In this document: one piece after another, positions 10,581 to 20,918 of the stretch
Layout: the number at the start of each line of letters is the position of its first letter
Position numbering within the stretch: the stretch's first letter is position 1
Source of the DNA: an uncultured Pelagibacteraceae bacterium
GTDB lineage: Bacteria; Pseudomonadota; Alphaproteobacteria; Pelagibacterales; Pelagibacteraceae
Length of the DNA stretch: 64,000 bases
Direction of reading: 5' to 3'
NCBI GenBank assembly: GCA_902610115.1
Contig: CACLUK010000004.1
Location: forward strand, 515 to 64,514
Position numbers and translations under genes: made by a program
Notes under the pieces: model-generated
What the model was told of the DNA's origin: nothing
What the model saw: the letters and a program-made list of their open reading frames with translations, nothing else
The model's database searches: none

Positions 10581-10904
10581 TTATTTAGTTTTATTAAAAT
10601 ATTCGCTTTTAGTGTCTAATTTTTTATACTTTACAGTTAAATATCTAATTATGGAACTATCTAATCTAATTTTTTTCTCAAATTCAGCTAATGTATCTTT
10701 ACCTCCCTCAAATTTATAGTGAATATAAAATCCTTTTTTATAATTTTTAATTTTGCTAGCTAAGTTTAGCAATCCCCATTCTTCGATTTTTACAACTTTT
10801 CCAGATGAATTGTTTATAAGGTTGTTATATTTTTCTTTAATCAATTTAAGATCTTTAGTAGGTAAATCTTGTTTAGCTATAATAGTGTTTTCGTAAAATG
10901 CCAT
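10581..10904 (-). CDS. rpsF: 30S ribosomal protein S6
   Basis: YE..II, E.WG...LA..I..KKG.Y, IIRYL. Confidence 0.93.
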   Translation of the reverse strand: MAFYENTIIAKQDLPTKDLKLIKEKYNNLINNSSGKVVKIEEWGLLNLASKIKNYKKGFYIHYKFEGGKDTLAEFEKKIRLDSSIIRYLTVKYKKLDTKSEYFNKTK

Positions 10905-11004
10905 TATTTAGTATTAAATTTGTTTTAATTTTATTTTAAAAAGTGGTTTATACTATAATAATAAATTATATCAATACTAATAATTTTAAATTAAACTTAA
11001 TTAA

Positions 11005-11946
11005 ATGAGCTCTTTATTATTTCCAGGACAAGGTTCTCAAATTGTAGGCATGGGAGCAGAGTTTTTTAAAAATTATAAACAAGCAAAAGAAATATTTAAA
11101 AGAGCTGATGAAAAATTAGGTTTTCATATTTCTAAAATGATCCTTGAAGGACCCATGGATGAATTACAATTAACAAAAAATACACAACCAGCAATTCTAA
11201 CAGTCAGTTATTCAATTTTTAAAATTATGCAAGATGAATTTGGATTAAACTTAGATTTATTTAAATCTCTCGCAGGTCATTCATTGGGGGAATACACTGC
11301 TTTAGTTTGTAGTGAAGCTCTTAATTTCGAGGACGCATTATTTTTGTTACACGAAAGAGGAACAGCTATGCAAGAAGCTGTTCCAGTTGGAAAAGGAAGC
11401 ATGTTAGCAGTTCTGGGTATTGATATTTCTAAAGTAAAAGGATTGATAATTAATTCTAACTTAAATAACGGGATTTGTGAGATTGCAAATGATAATGCTG
11501 AGGGACAAGTCATAGTAAGCGGAGACACTGAAACTATAAATTCATTTCAATCTAATTTAAAAAAAGAAAAAATTAAAACTATACCTCTTAAAGTAAGCGC
11601 TCCTTTTCACTGTTCTTTAATGAAGCCTGCCGCAGACAAAATGAGGGAAAAAATTAATCAAACTAATTTTTTAAAACCTAAAATTGATATTATAAGCAAT
11701 GTTACAACCAAACCTGAAAAAGACCCTACAACAATTAAAAAGCTTTTAATTTCCCAAATTTTCTCAACTGTAAGGTGGAGAGAAAGTATAATAAATATTT
11801 CAAAGATGGGAGTAGGTAACTTTATTGAGATTGGTCCCGGTAAAGCATTAACAGGAATGGTAAAAAGAACAATTAAAAATGTAAATTGCTTTTCAATTAA
11901 CTCAATTGCTGATATTAAAATTTTAAAAGATGAACTTAAAAAATAA
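11005..11946 (+). CDS. fabD: Malonyl-CoA:ACP transacylase
   Basis: FPGQGSQ, GHSLGEY, VSAPFHC, EIGPG. Confidence 0.97.
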   Translation: MSSLLFPGQGSQIVGMGAEFFKNYKQAKEIFKRADEKLGFHISKMILEGPMDELQLTKNTQPAILTVSYSIFKIMQDEFGLNLDLFKSLAGHSLGEYTALVCSEALNFEDALFLLHERGTAMQEAVPVGKGSMLAVLGIDISKVKGLIINSNLNNGICEIANDNAEGQVIVSGDTETINSFQSNLKKEKIKTIPLKVSAPFHCSLMKPAADKMREKINQTNFLKPKIDIISNVTTKPEKDPTTIKKLLISQIFSTVRWRESIINISKMGVGNFIEIGPGKALTGMVKRTIKNVNCFSINSIADIKILKDELKK

Positions 11947-12661
11947 AAAAATTTTAATTACTGGGGCTACAGGAGGAATCGGTTATTGTTTAGTTGAAAG
12001 GTTTAATGAACTAGGCTCGGTAATTTTAGCCACAGGAACTAGCAATGAAAAATTAGAAAACTTAAAAAAAAAATTTACCAAAATTCATGTAAAACAATTT
12101 AAACTTAACGAACATAGTAAAATTGAAGAGTTTATAGATGATATGGAAAAAAAATTAGATGGAATTGATATTTTAGTTAACAATGCAGGTATAACTTTAG
12201 ATAATTTATCAATAAGATTATCAGAAGAAGATTGGAAAAAAGTCTTAGATATAAATTTAACCTCCACTTTTTTGATGTGCAAACATACTATTAAGAAAAT
12301 GTTAAAAAGAAAAAATGGAAAGATAATAAATATTACTTCCATAGTTGGTCATACTGGAAACTTAGGTCAGGCCAACTATTCTGCATCAAAAGCGGGCATA
12401 GTTGCGTTTTCAAAAAGTTTAGCAATAGAATATGCAAGAAAAAATATTAATATAAATTGTGTGTCTCCTGGTTTTATTAAAACAGATATGACAGATAAGA
12501 TTAGCGAGGAATTTAAAAAAACGCTGATTGCTAAAATTCCATCGGGAAAATTGGGGACCGGAATAGATGTTTCTAATTGTGTAGCATTTTTAGCCTCCGA
12601 TATGGCCAATTATATTAATGGAGAAACAATACATGTTAATGGCGGAATGTATATGGCTTGA
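11930..12661 (+). CDS. fabG: 3-oxoacyl-ACP reductase
   Basis: TGATGGIG, NNAGIT, YSASK, VNGGM. Confidence 0.96.
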   Translation: MNLKNKKILITGATGGIGYCLVERFNELGSVILATGTSNEKLENLKKKFTKIHVKQFKLNEHSKIEEFIDDMEKKLDGIDILVNNAGITLDNLSIRLSEEDWKKVLDINLTSTFLMCKHTIKKMLKRKNGKIINITSIVGHTGNLGQANYSASKAGIVAFSKSLAIEYARKNININCVSPGFIKTDMTDKISEEFKKTLIAKIPSGKLGTGIDVSNCVAFLASDMANYINGETIHVNGGMYMA

Positions 12662-12685
12662 CAATTTCTATTATTAATCTAATAA
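12658..12685 (+). promoter_or_regulatory. Putative sigma70 promoter of acpP
   Basis: Perfect TTGACA at 12658-12663, overlapping the fabG stop; weak -10 (TAATAA) 16 nt downstream; AAGGA SD before the acpP ATG. Confidence 0.45.
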
Positions 12686-12706
12686 GAATTAAACCGAAAG
12701 GAATTC

Positions 12707-12946
12707 ATGTCAGACGATATTAAAAGTAAAATTAAAAAGATAGTAGCAGATCATCTAGGTATAGAAGAGGAAAAAGTTACTGAAGAAGCAAGCTTTATTG
12801 ATGATTTAGGGGCGGATAGCTTAGATACAGTTGAGTTAGTAATGGCTTTTGAGGAAGAATTTGGTTCAGAAATATCTGACTCCGAAGCTGAAAAAATTCT
12901 GACTGTTGGTGATGCGATTAAATTTATTGAAAGTAAATCAAATTAA
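12707..12946 (+). CDS. acpP: Acyl carrier protein
   Basis: [20 protein letters not shown]. Confidence 0.98.
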   Translation: MSDDIKSKIKKIVADHLGIEEEKVTEEASFIDDLGADSLDTVELVMAFEEEFGSEISDSEAEKILTVGDAIKFIESKSN

Positions 12947-12966
12947 ATCTAGAATTTTTTGTTAAC

Positions 12967-13560
12967 ATGAGACGTGATGGAGAAAATATCATGGTCATTT
13001 TATCATCTCCATCAGGTGTAGGAAAAACTACTTTAACAAAAAAAATTCAACAAAAATACCAATCATTCAAAATTTCAGTCTCACATACAACGCGTCAGCC
13101 AAGATCAAATGAAGTTGATGGAGTTGATTATTTCTTTGTTTCAAAAGATGAATTTAAAGATTTAATAAAAAAAGATAAATTTTACGAATATGCTAAAATA
13201 TTTGAAAATTATTATGGAACATTGAAGGAAACCGTAGACAAGGCAATAATTAAAAACGATATTTTATTTGATATTGATTGGCAAGGAACAAAACAACTTT
13301 CAAAGTTTATTAATTTAAATTTAATAAAGATTTATTTAATCACTGACAAAAAAGAATTAAAACAGAGATTAATTAAAAGAAACCAAAATAGTGAAGAGGA
13401 ATTAGAAAAGAGACTCAAAGCTTATGATGAAGATATAACACACTGGAGTGATTATGATTATGTCATCATTAATAAAAACTTAGAAGTATGCTTCAAACAA
13501 ATTGAACAGATAATAAATTCTTACAAAAAAAAATTTAATTTTCCTCAAAAATTTGGGTAA
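12967..13560 (+). CDS. gmk: Guanylate kinase
   Basis: SSPSGVGKTT, SVSHTTR.PR..EVDG.DY, YYGT, DIDWQG. Confidence 0.96.
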   Translation: MRRDGENIMVILSSPSGVGKTTLTKKIQQKYQSFKISVSHTTRQPRSNEVDGVDYFFVSKDEFKDLIKKDKFYEYAKIFENYYGTLKETVDKAIIKNDILFDIDWQGTKQLSKFINLNLIKIYLITDKKELKQRLIKRNQNSEEELEKRLKAYDEDITHWSDYDYVIINKNLEVCFKQIEQIINSYKKKFNFPQKFG

Positions 13561-14317
13561 TTTTAAAGTATATACTTGGACTTATATCAGAGGGCCTAAG
13601 ATTAGTTTTCAATTCAGGGATTTGCTTAATTTCATCTTTACTTAAAATTTTTATAATGGACTTATTAATCATTTTTCTTTTTTTTGAAAACAAATAATTT
13701 GTAATTTTTTCCAAATTAGAAACATTATTGATTTTGAAAGTATTTTTTTTTGGTTTAAAATGAATTACCATTGATTTTACTTTTGGTTTTGGAAAAAAAC
13801 AATTTTCTGAAACAATAAATTTTGCAATATTATCAAGCCTAAAATTTGAAATTATAGATAATCTCCCATATTTTGAAGAGGGAAATTTACTCGTTATTTT
13901 TTCACCAAGTTCCTTTTGAAACATTAAAATTAAATCTGAAAACTTTGGAGGCCAAGTTTCAAATTTTATCAATTTTACAAGTATTTGAGATGAAATATTA
14001 TACGGTAAATTACCGAATATAACCGAGTTTGATTTCATCTTTTTTTCCAAATCAAATTTTAAGATATCTGCGTTTACCACTTTTACATTTTTAAATTTAG
14101 AGTATTTTTCAATGAGAGAATCAAATAATAGATTATCTTTTTCAATAATTAATAATGTTTTAGGTTTTTTTTTGATTATTTCATCTGTCAGCGCACCTTT
14201 GCCAGGGCCAATTTCAACAATATTCCTATCCTTTACTTTTGTAAAATTCATTATTTTACTTATAATGTTTTTATCTATTAAAAAATTTTGACCTAAAGAT
14301 TTTTTAGGTCCTATCAT
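13535..14317 (-). CDS. rsmA: 16S rRNA m6,2A dimethyltransferase (KsgA)
   Basis: KKSLGQNFL, EIGPGKG, NLPYNIS. Start moved to the ATG at 14317, which forms an ATGA overlap with the pdxA stop. Confidence 0.95.
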   Translation of the reverse strand: MIGPKKSLGQNFLIDKNIISKIMNFTKVKDRNIVEIGPGKGALTDEIIKKKPKTLLIIEKDNLLFDSLIEKYSKFKNVKVVNADILKFDLEKKMKSNSVIFGNLPYNISSQILVKLIKFETWPPKFSDLILMFQKELGEKITSKFPSSKYGRLSIISNFRLDNIAKFIVSENCFFPKPKVKSMVIHFKPKKNTFKINNVSNLEKITNYLFSKKRKMINKSIIKILSKDEIKQIPELKTNLRPSDISPSIYFKITQIFEEN

Positions 14318-15279
14318 TTTCCGAATTTTAGAATGAATTTTATACATCTAAAAAGGCTTAAAGGATTTGCAATTTTTTTTAAAATTAACTTTCTTGCAGT
14401 GCCATGGTCAGGAGAGACTCTTAAATATTTTAGACCTAATGTTATGTTTATAGCATCGAATTTAAATAAAGTTTTAAAAGGAGCAAGGACTTGATCATGA
14501 AACATACCAACTATAACATTATATTTTTTATATTCATTTATAAATACAGTATCTGAAATTAAAGGTCCCTTTACTTTTATTTTATTTCTTTTTAATTTTT
14601 TGATTATTGGAATTATTATTTTTACTTCCTCAGATTTTTTTCTTAGTTCTGCATTGTGAGGATTAAGTCCCATCACACCTATATTTGGTTTTATCTTAAA
14701 TGATTTTTTAAAAAAATTCTCTATAGTTTTAATTTTGTTATAAATTAAATTTTTATTTAATATTTTTGAAATCTTTTTAATATCAATATGGGTTGTAACT
14801 GGAGCCACTGATAAATTTTTGTTAAAGATAAGCATCACTTCAGATTGATTTTTTACTTTACATTTCTTTGAGAGATATTCTGTAACACCGTAATTTTTAT
14901 TTGATAACAGTTTTTTGTCTATTGCACAGTTAATTATTCCCATTACGTCTTTTCTTAATGCAAGTTTATGTGCTTTCTCTAAAGACTTAATTACAAATTT
15001 TGAGCTTGATTTAAAGGGCACATTAAAAGCATTATTAAAATTTAAATCAATATTAATTATTTTAAGACTATCATTTAAAACTTCTTCATCAATATCATTT
15101 ACTTTAGTTAATTTTGCTGAATAACCAAGCTTAAAAAATTGTTTTCTGAGTAGATCAAAATTTGAAATTATATATATACTTCTTTTAATTTTTTTACTTA
15201 ATTTTTTCCAACATTTATAAATTAATTCAGAATTAATACTGTTTGGATCACCACTTATAATGATTATTTTTTTTTTCAT
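14314..15279 (-). CDS. pdxA: 4-hydroxythreonine-4-phosphate dehydrogenase
   Basis: GDPNSI, TTHI, GLNPH, MFHDQ, RVSPDHGTA. Confidence 0.93.
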   Translation of the reverse strand: MKKKIIIISGDPNSINSELIYKCWKKLSKKIKRSIYIISNFDLLRKQFFKLGYSAKLTKVNDIDEEVLNDSLKIINIDLNFNNAFNVPFKSSSKFVIKSLEKAHKLALRKDVMGIINCAIDKKLLSNKNYGVTEYLSKKCKVKNQSEVMLIFNKNLSVAPVTTHIDIKKISKILNKNLIYNKIKTIENFFKKSFKIKPNIGVMGLNPHNAELRKKSEEVKIIIPIIKKLKRNKIKVKGPLISDTVFINEYKKYNVIVGMFHDQVLAPFKTLFKFDAINITLGLKYLRVSPDHGTARKLILKKIANPLSLFRCIKFILKFGK

Positions 15280-16199
15280 TTGTAATCAATAAAACTAGTA
15301 TTTTTAAGTTTAGATAGATGACTTCTAGAATATAAATTAAAAAGCTCATTTTTCTTTTGATTTATTAATCTATTTTTTAGTTTTTCAATATCAACATCAT
15401 TAACTTTTGAAATTCGTTTATCATTTAATTTTAAAAATAAAATACTATCTTGTCTTTTAATAGGATTTGATATGTCTCCAATATTCATTTTGTCTAAAAT
15501 TTTGTAAATTTGTTCTGATAACGATTTGCCATTAATCCATCCTAAGTCTCCTTTTTTAGATGCAGTAGTCGAATTACTAATTTTTAAAGCAGTATTTTCA
15601 AATCCATTTTCTTCTATTTGCTTTTTTATATTTGCTATAATTTTTTCACTTTCAGATTTGTTATAATCAGATACTTCAATTTCTGAAATACGAAATTCTT
15701 CTAAATCTGATTTATTTTCTATTATTTTTTGGAGTTCTAGTTGAATTGAGTTTTCGTCTAATTCAATTTTATTAGAATAAAATTTATATATAAATTTTTG
15801 CCATTTAAAATTAATTTCTACCTCTTTTAAATATAGATCGAAATCGGCATCATTTTGTTTAAATTTTTCTTTTAGTAAATCAATATTATTTGAAGAAATA
15901 TTTCTTAAATAATTATTAATCTGCGTCCTATCATCTTGAAAATCAAATCTTTCTAGTTCTATTTTTTTAAGTTTTTGAAAAATTAAATCATTTAACGATT
16001 GTTCTTTTAAAAAATTAATATTTTTTTGATTAATTTCCTGTCCTGACAATATTAAGGTTCTTAGAATTTTATTTTTAATATCGTAATTTGTTATTATTTC
16101 ATTTTCTACCTTAAGAATTATATTATTTTCAATTTTTGCTTTAGAAGCGCTTGAAATAAAAAATAAAATAAAAATAAATAATACTTTTTTTTTTATCAT
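15276..16199 (-). CDS. surA: SurA-like periplasmic chaperone/parvulin PPIase
   Basis: Signal peptide, V.NEIIT.YD N-domain, GDLGW parvulin motif; lptD-surA-pdxA-rsmA synteny. Confidence 0.85.
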   Translation of the reverse strand: MIKKKVLFIFILFFISSASKAKIENNIILKVENEIITNYDIKNKILRTLILSGQEINQKNINFLKEQSLNDLIFQKLKKIELERFDFQDDRTQINNYLRNISSNNIDLLKEKFKQNDADFDLYLKEVEINFKWQKFIYKFYSNKIELDENSIQLELQKIIENKSDLEEFRISEIEVSDYNKSESEKIIANIKKQIEENGFENTALKISNSTTASKKGDLGWINGKSLSEQIYKILDKMNIGDISNPIKRQDSILFLKLNDKRISKVNDVDIEKLKNRLINQKKNELFNLYSRSHLSKLKNTSFIDYK

Positions 16200-18595
16200 T
16201 GACTAAATGATGGAGAACTTATGTTTCCAAAAGGAGTAAGAGTAACTTTAAACATCAGTGAGTTTTCTGGTTCCAATTCAGAGTCCGTATAAAATTCCCT
16301 CCTATAAACTATTCCTGCTCTCAAACAATCGTTTAAATATTCGTAACTTAAATTGTAGAACTCTGCAGAATTAGTTATAAGATTTCTTTTTGTTTCAATT
16401 GAAATTAATCCATCCTTATTATTAAAATCAACCTTAGTTTTGAAATATTCCTTGTCACCTATATGTTTGTTTTCTAAAAGGTAATTAAAGTCCAATTTAA
16501 ATGGATCAAAATTCAATTTAGTACCGAATTCGTTATAATTTAACTCACTATAATTTTGATCTAAAGAAAAATTATAATTGAATGAAAAATTATCATTCAA
16601 ATTGTATATTGCAGATCCAACTACATCAGAAAGTTTTTCATCTAAACTAGTTTCTGGATGCATTTTTTTATTCTCTGTGTCATTAATTATTTGTGCTACC
16701 GAAAAATCAAAATCACTGTTTTTTGATTTAATTTTATAATCGAATCCTAGAGTACTACTTAATCCATTTTCAAAATTATTTTTATCATCTGCTCTGTTAA
16801 TATTAAATGCATTAATTGGATCCAATCTGTAGCCGAATTCCTCCTTTCTCATACCTCCAGGAGAATATCTTATAAGCATTTTTGGTTTTAAAAGATATTC
16901 TGATGAGCCAGCTCTTTTTAATAAATTTATTTCTGACAAATGACCTATTGCACCATACATTTCACTGGTCATATCCTTTTTGTAAGTATCTATATTTTTT
17001 GTTTCATAATTTACATTTTTTATATTTCCTAAAAGCTTAGTTTTAAAACCATTCAAGAAATTAATCTCTTTAAAATTCCAATTTAAATCATTTACCAAGA
17101 AATTTGAGAATTTGTTTGTATCATACTTTCTTACTTTATAATTTGATTGTAAATCTATATTTCCTATTTTTTGATTACTAATTAAATTTTTATCTAAAGT
17201 AACTTCTGGATATATATACTCATATTTATCATTATATCCCTCTGTTAAGGTTTCATAAATACTTGCATTAATACCTAAAAACATATCTTCGTCCTCATGA
17301 TTAAATTTTATTGAATTTTCTAACGTATTTGTTTTGTCATCTACTAATCTTGATTTAACTTTATAAAGTTTTAAATATTTATCATCCGAAACATTTTGCA
17401 AATCAATTTCCAATAAATTTTCTGAGTCTTCCGTTAAACTAAAATTTTTTGAAAATTTTGCAAAAAGATGAGACCTATCTCCCTTTTTTTTCGTAGAAGT
17501 AGTTTTTTTATAACCCTCAGTAAATCCAAAATCTGTAAATAAAAATGAGTTTTTAAATGCTTGATGGTATTCACCCATTAATAGTGGATTTTCTGATACA
17601 TAATATCTGCTTGTTAATGTAAAATTTTTATCATCATTTAAAGCCCAGAAGTAAGGGATTGAAATACTTGATCCTAAATTTTTTGTATTAGAAAATGATG
17701 GAGGTAAAAAACCCGATCTTCTATCTACAGTAGGATCAGGATGAGATAGTTTGGGAAAATAAAAAATAGGAATATTGTAAACTTTTACGATCGCATTATC
17801 ATAATAAATTGTTTTCTTTTTACTATCGTGAAGCATTTTTTTTGATTGTATAGTCCAAGGAGGACATTTATCTTTTTCTCGATAGTCACATAAAGTGAAT
17901 ATACTTTTTCCAAAAGAACTTTTTTTCTCTTCTATTTTTAAAGTATTAGCAAATACCCTTGGTTTATTTTTCTCATTAATTTTAAAATTTTCTTCATTAA
18001 GATAAGCCTTAATATCAGTTCCTAGTAATTCCTTTTTATTAGTGTCAATATATATTTGAGAAAATTCATATGTATTATCTAAATTATCATTTATTTTAAC
18101 GTAGCCAACTGATTTAAAAATATTACTCTCAGTATGATACTCAAATTTTTCTAAAAATATTTTATTATTATTTCGGTCAATAATAACCGTATCATTTTTC
18201 GAACTTATCATTTTTTTAGTATCATCTAAAATTATATTTTCACCCTCTAATTTATACATCTCAGAGGTAACAATTTTTGTGAGTCCTACCGTTTTTAGCA
18301 CTCTTAAATTCTCGTTATACTCAGCGTATTCAGCATTAATAGTATTATTTTTATTGTCTATCGCGTTAACATTTTTTCTAAGTTTGATTATGCCTGTAGA
18401 TTTGTTGTATTCAGCAAAATCACTTTTTATTGTTTTGTTATCACTGGTAATAATCAACACCTCATCTTCAAAAATAGACGTTTGGTTGTTTTTATTTATA
18501 GTAATTTTTTTTGACTCAATTTTTAAATTTTCGGCTAGCAAGTCAATTTGAAATAAAAAGCAAAAGATAAATATTATTAATATTTTATTTTTCAT
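16196..18595 (-). CDS. lptD: LPS assembly protein LptD
   Basis: N-terminal OstA-like jellyroll, FTLC...CPPW, R.SGFL.P, C-terminal beta-barrel with YLNDC. Confidence 0.9.
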   Translation of the reverse strand: MKNKILIIFIFCFLFQIDLLAENLKIESKKITINKNNQTSIFEDEVLIITSDNKTIKSDFAEYNKSTGIIKLRKNVNAIDNKNNTINAEYAEYNENLRVLKTVGLTKIVTSEMYKLEGENIILDDTKKMISSKNDTVIIDRNNNKIFLEKFEYHTESNIFKSVGYVKINDNLDNTYEFSQIYIDTNKKELLGTDIKAYLNEENFKINEKNKPRVFANTLKIEEKKSSFGKSIFTLCDYREKDKCPPWTIQSKKMLHDSKKKTIYYDNAIVKVYNIPIFYFPKLSHPDPTVDRRSGFLPPSFSNTKNLGSSISIPYFWALNDDKNFTLTSRYYVSENPLLMGEYHQAFKNSFLFTDFGFTEGYKKTTSTKKKGDRSHLFAKFSKNFSLTEDSENLLEIDLQNVSDDKYLKLYKVKSRLVDDKTNTLENSIKFNHEDEDMFLGINASIYETLTEGYNDKYEYIYPEVTLDKNLISNQKIGNIDLQSNYKVRKYDTNKFSNFLVNDLNWNFKEINFLNGFKTKLLGNIKNVNYETKNIDTYKKDMTSEMYGAIGHLSEINLLKRAGSSEYLLKPKMLIRYSPGGMRKEEFGYRLDPINAFNINRADDKNNFENGLSSTLGFDYKIKSKNSDFDFSVAQIINDTENKKMHPETSLDEKLSDVVGSAIYNLNDNFSFNYNFSLDQNYSELNYNEFGTKLNFDPFKLDFNYLLENKHIGDKEYFKTKVDFNNKDGLISIETKRNLITNSAEFYNLSYEYLNDCLRAGIVYRREFYTDSELEPENSLMFKVTLTPFGNISSPSFSQ

Positions 18596-19673
18596 TGATT
18601 TGAAGAATTCCTATAAATGTGAATAAACTTAAAGCAATTACTGGAGCCCAAACAGCCAAAGTTAAAGGTATTCTGTCCGTTTGTCCCAAAGCAAGTGATA
18701 AATCTTTAAAATAAAAAGTAATTACACAAGTTATCAACCCTAAAATAATCAATCTAAAATTGTCTGATTTTTTAAGAGTATTCATTGTAAAAATGGAAGC
18801 TAAAGCAGTCATTACAAATAAAAAGAAAGGCAATGAAAGCATAGAGTGTAAGCTTTGGTTTAAAGATCTTTTATTGTAACCCTTTTCAAGTAAAGATTTA
18901 TATCTTGTTGCCAAATCAATGAACGACATAGTATCGAAATTTTTGAATAAACTGTTGATTTTTTCATAATCGTAATTTGATTTAATTACATATTCATCGA
19001 TTTTTTTACTTTTGATAATTCCGTCATTTGATTTAAAAATTTTGACATCTTTTAGTATCCATTCTTTACTCTCAATATTTGCTGATTTAGCTTGAATTTT
19101 TTCTAATAAACTAGATTTATCATCTAAATGAAAAATTGTAACATTTATTAAGTCAAAATTTTGAGGTTTCTCAGCTGAGATTATTCTTTGCGTTGCATCA
19201 AAATTCTCTTTAATCCAAAGACCGTTTCTATTGAATGTTACTAAATGATCTATATCTCTTGAAAAATTTGATTTGGTTTTTTCATAGTATTTGGACAATG
19301 TAGAAGTAACTGGATTAATCATAATTAAAATAAACCATCCTAAGAAGAATGATGTTGTAGCAAGTATAAAAAAAATTTTTAAATTTGAGTATCCGAATGT
19401 TTTTAAAGTTAAAAGGTCTCTATTATTTCTAATCTTCATCATAAACCACATGCTAGAAATAAATATGATAAATGGTAATATATTTATAATCATACTAGGT
19501 ATAAATATACTTGTAAGAATAAGTGGTGTAATTATTCCAACTTCTAAGTTTTTAAAAAACTCTATTTCTTCAAATAAATTTAAAATCATACCAAAGCAAT
19601 AGAAAACTAAAATTACTATAAAAAAAGTTTTTAAAAAATTCTTTAGAAGATAATTAAATAAAATTTTATTCAT
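18585..19673 (-). CDS. lptG: LPS export ABC permease LptG
   Basis: 3 TM + periplasmic jellyroll + 3 TM; LAVWAP; operon with lptF and lptD. Confidence 0.85.
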   Translation of the reverse strand: MNKILFNYLLKNFLKTFFIVILVFYCFGMILNLFEEIEFFKNLEVGIITPLILTSIFIPSMIINILPFIIFISSMWFMMKIRNNRDLLTLKTFGYSNLKIFFILATTSFFLGWFILIMINPVTSTLSKYYEKTKSNFSRDIDHLVTFNRNGLWIKENFDATQRIISAEKPQNFDLINVTIFHLDDKSSLLEKIQAKSANIESKEWILKDVKIFKSNDGIIKSKKIDEYVIKSNYDYEKINSLFKNFDTMSFIDLATRYKSLLEKGYNKRSLNQSLHSMLSLPFFLFVMTALASIFTMNTLKKSDNFRLIILGLITCVITFYFKDLSLALGQTDRIPLTLAVWAPVIALSLFTFIGILQINEK

Positions 19674-20788
19674 ATTTTTAATTCTTTTGAAAATTTATGA
19701 TTCATAAATAAATAGAGAAAAATTATTAAGATAAGAGGCAGTACCATAAAAGCTATTAAAATATAATGATTAAGACCAGTATATCTAACTGCTAACTCAG
19801 TAAATAATAAAACAATAAAACTATAGCTAAAAATACTAATCTTATTTAAATAAATCTTATTCGATTTTATTAAAAGTAAAGCACAAATTAAAGTCAAAGC
19901 AGGGATATAAAGAGGAATAATAATTCTTCTATTAAGTGTAGAAATTATCTCTCTCTTATAGTCATCTTTACAAAATTTATTTTTTAACTCTATAAAATTA
20001 AAGCATTTTAAAAGAGTAATTGTTGATGTTTCTTGAATTTTTGGTTTTTTTATTGTTGCAGTACTTAGGTCACTTAAATCAATATTTAGCTGTTCAAATT
20101 TTATAATTTCATTTTCGGAATTCTTTTTTGAAGACATTATTATGCCATTAAATAAAAACATTTTTTTACTTTCAACAACTCCATTCTCAGCCAAAACAGT
20201 AGTTTCGTAAATTTCAGAGACGTTAGAAGAAAGATTTTTTAAATTATTACCTTTATCATGTAGAAAAATTTGTTGAATTTCATTATCAACTTTTTTTTCT
20301 ACAATAAAAGTGAAACCTTTAAAAGAGTCACTAAACTGTTGAGATTTAATTGTTGGTAAAAAAGTATTAAGATTATCTTCTGTTAATAATTGTCTTGATT
20401 TATTTAAAGCTAAAGGAGTAATAAACGTTGAAAGTACTAAGTAAAGAATTAAAACAATTATAGAGGCGAAAAAAAATAAATTTACTAATTGAATTTTTTT
20501 TACTCCAGATGTCCATAAAATTATAAATTCACTATCTTGGATATGTTTTATTATAAAAATTGACAAGGCCAACAGGAAAGATAATGGTACAAACTTTGGA
20601 GCTATACCAAATAAATTCAAAAATGAATATTTAAAATATATACCTATAGGATAGCCATTATCTACAATTAAATCTAGGAAACTTACCGCCCTAACTGTAA
20701 GAGCAATTAAGGACAAACCAAACAAAATGATTAAAAATGTTTTAAAAATTTCGATTAAAAAATTATGATAAATTTTGTTTTGAAGCAT
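19670..20788 (-). CDS. lptF: LPS export ABC permease LptF
   Basis: YjgP/YjgQ topology, DSEFIILWTSG. Start taken at MLQNK (20788); the ORF extends to 20818. Confidence 0.85.
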   Translation of the reverse strand: MLQNKIYHNFLIEIFKTFLIILFGLSLIALTVRAVSFLDLIVDNGYPIGIYFKYSFLNLFGIAPKFVPLSFLLALSIFIIKHIQDSEFIILWTSGVKKIQLVNLFFFASIIVLILYLVLSTFITPLALNKSRQLLTEDNLNTFLPTIKSQQFSDSFKGFTFIVEKKVDNEIQQIFLHDKGNNLKNLSSNVSEIYETTVLAENGVVESKKMFLFNGIIMSSKKNSENEIIKFEQLNIDLSDLSTATIKKPKIQETSTITLLKCFNFIELKNKFCKDDYKREIISTLNRRIIIPLYIPALTLICALLLIKSNKIYLNKISIFSYSFIVLLFTELAVRYTGLNHYILIAFMVLPLILIIFLYLFMNHKFSKELKI

Positions 20789-20860
20789 TGAATTATATTG
20801 TATAAATAATGCATCCATAAGTTAAATTCAACTAATGGTTTAACTATGATAAATTTTCCA

Positions 20861-20889
20861 TTGAAAACATGAATAATTGGTCTTATATC
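20861..20889 (+). promoter_or_regulatory. Putative pepA promoter
   Basis: TTGAAA-N17-TATATC; also resembles the alphaproteobacterial RpoH form TTG...CTTATAT. Confidence 0.4.
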
Positions 20890-20918
20890 ACTGACACAAA
20901 TAGGTTTTTTTAAAAATT

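Noticed and set aside
10905-11004. S6:S18 autoregulatory RNA leader upstream of rpsF
   Set aside because: The leader is almost pure A/T; I could not find the conserved CCC-containing stem.
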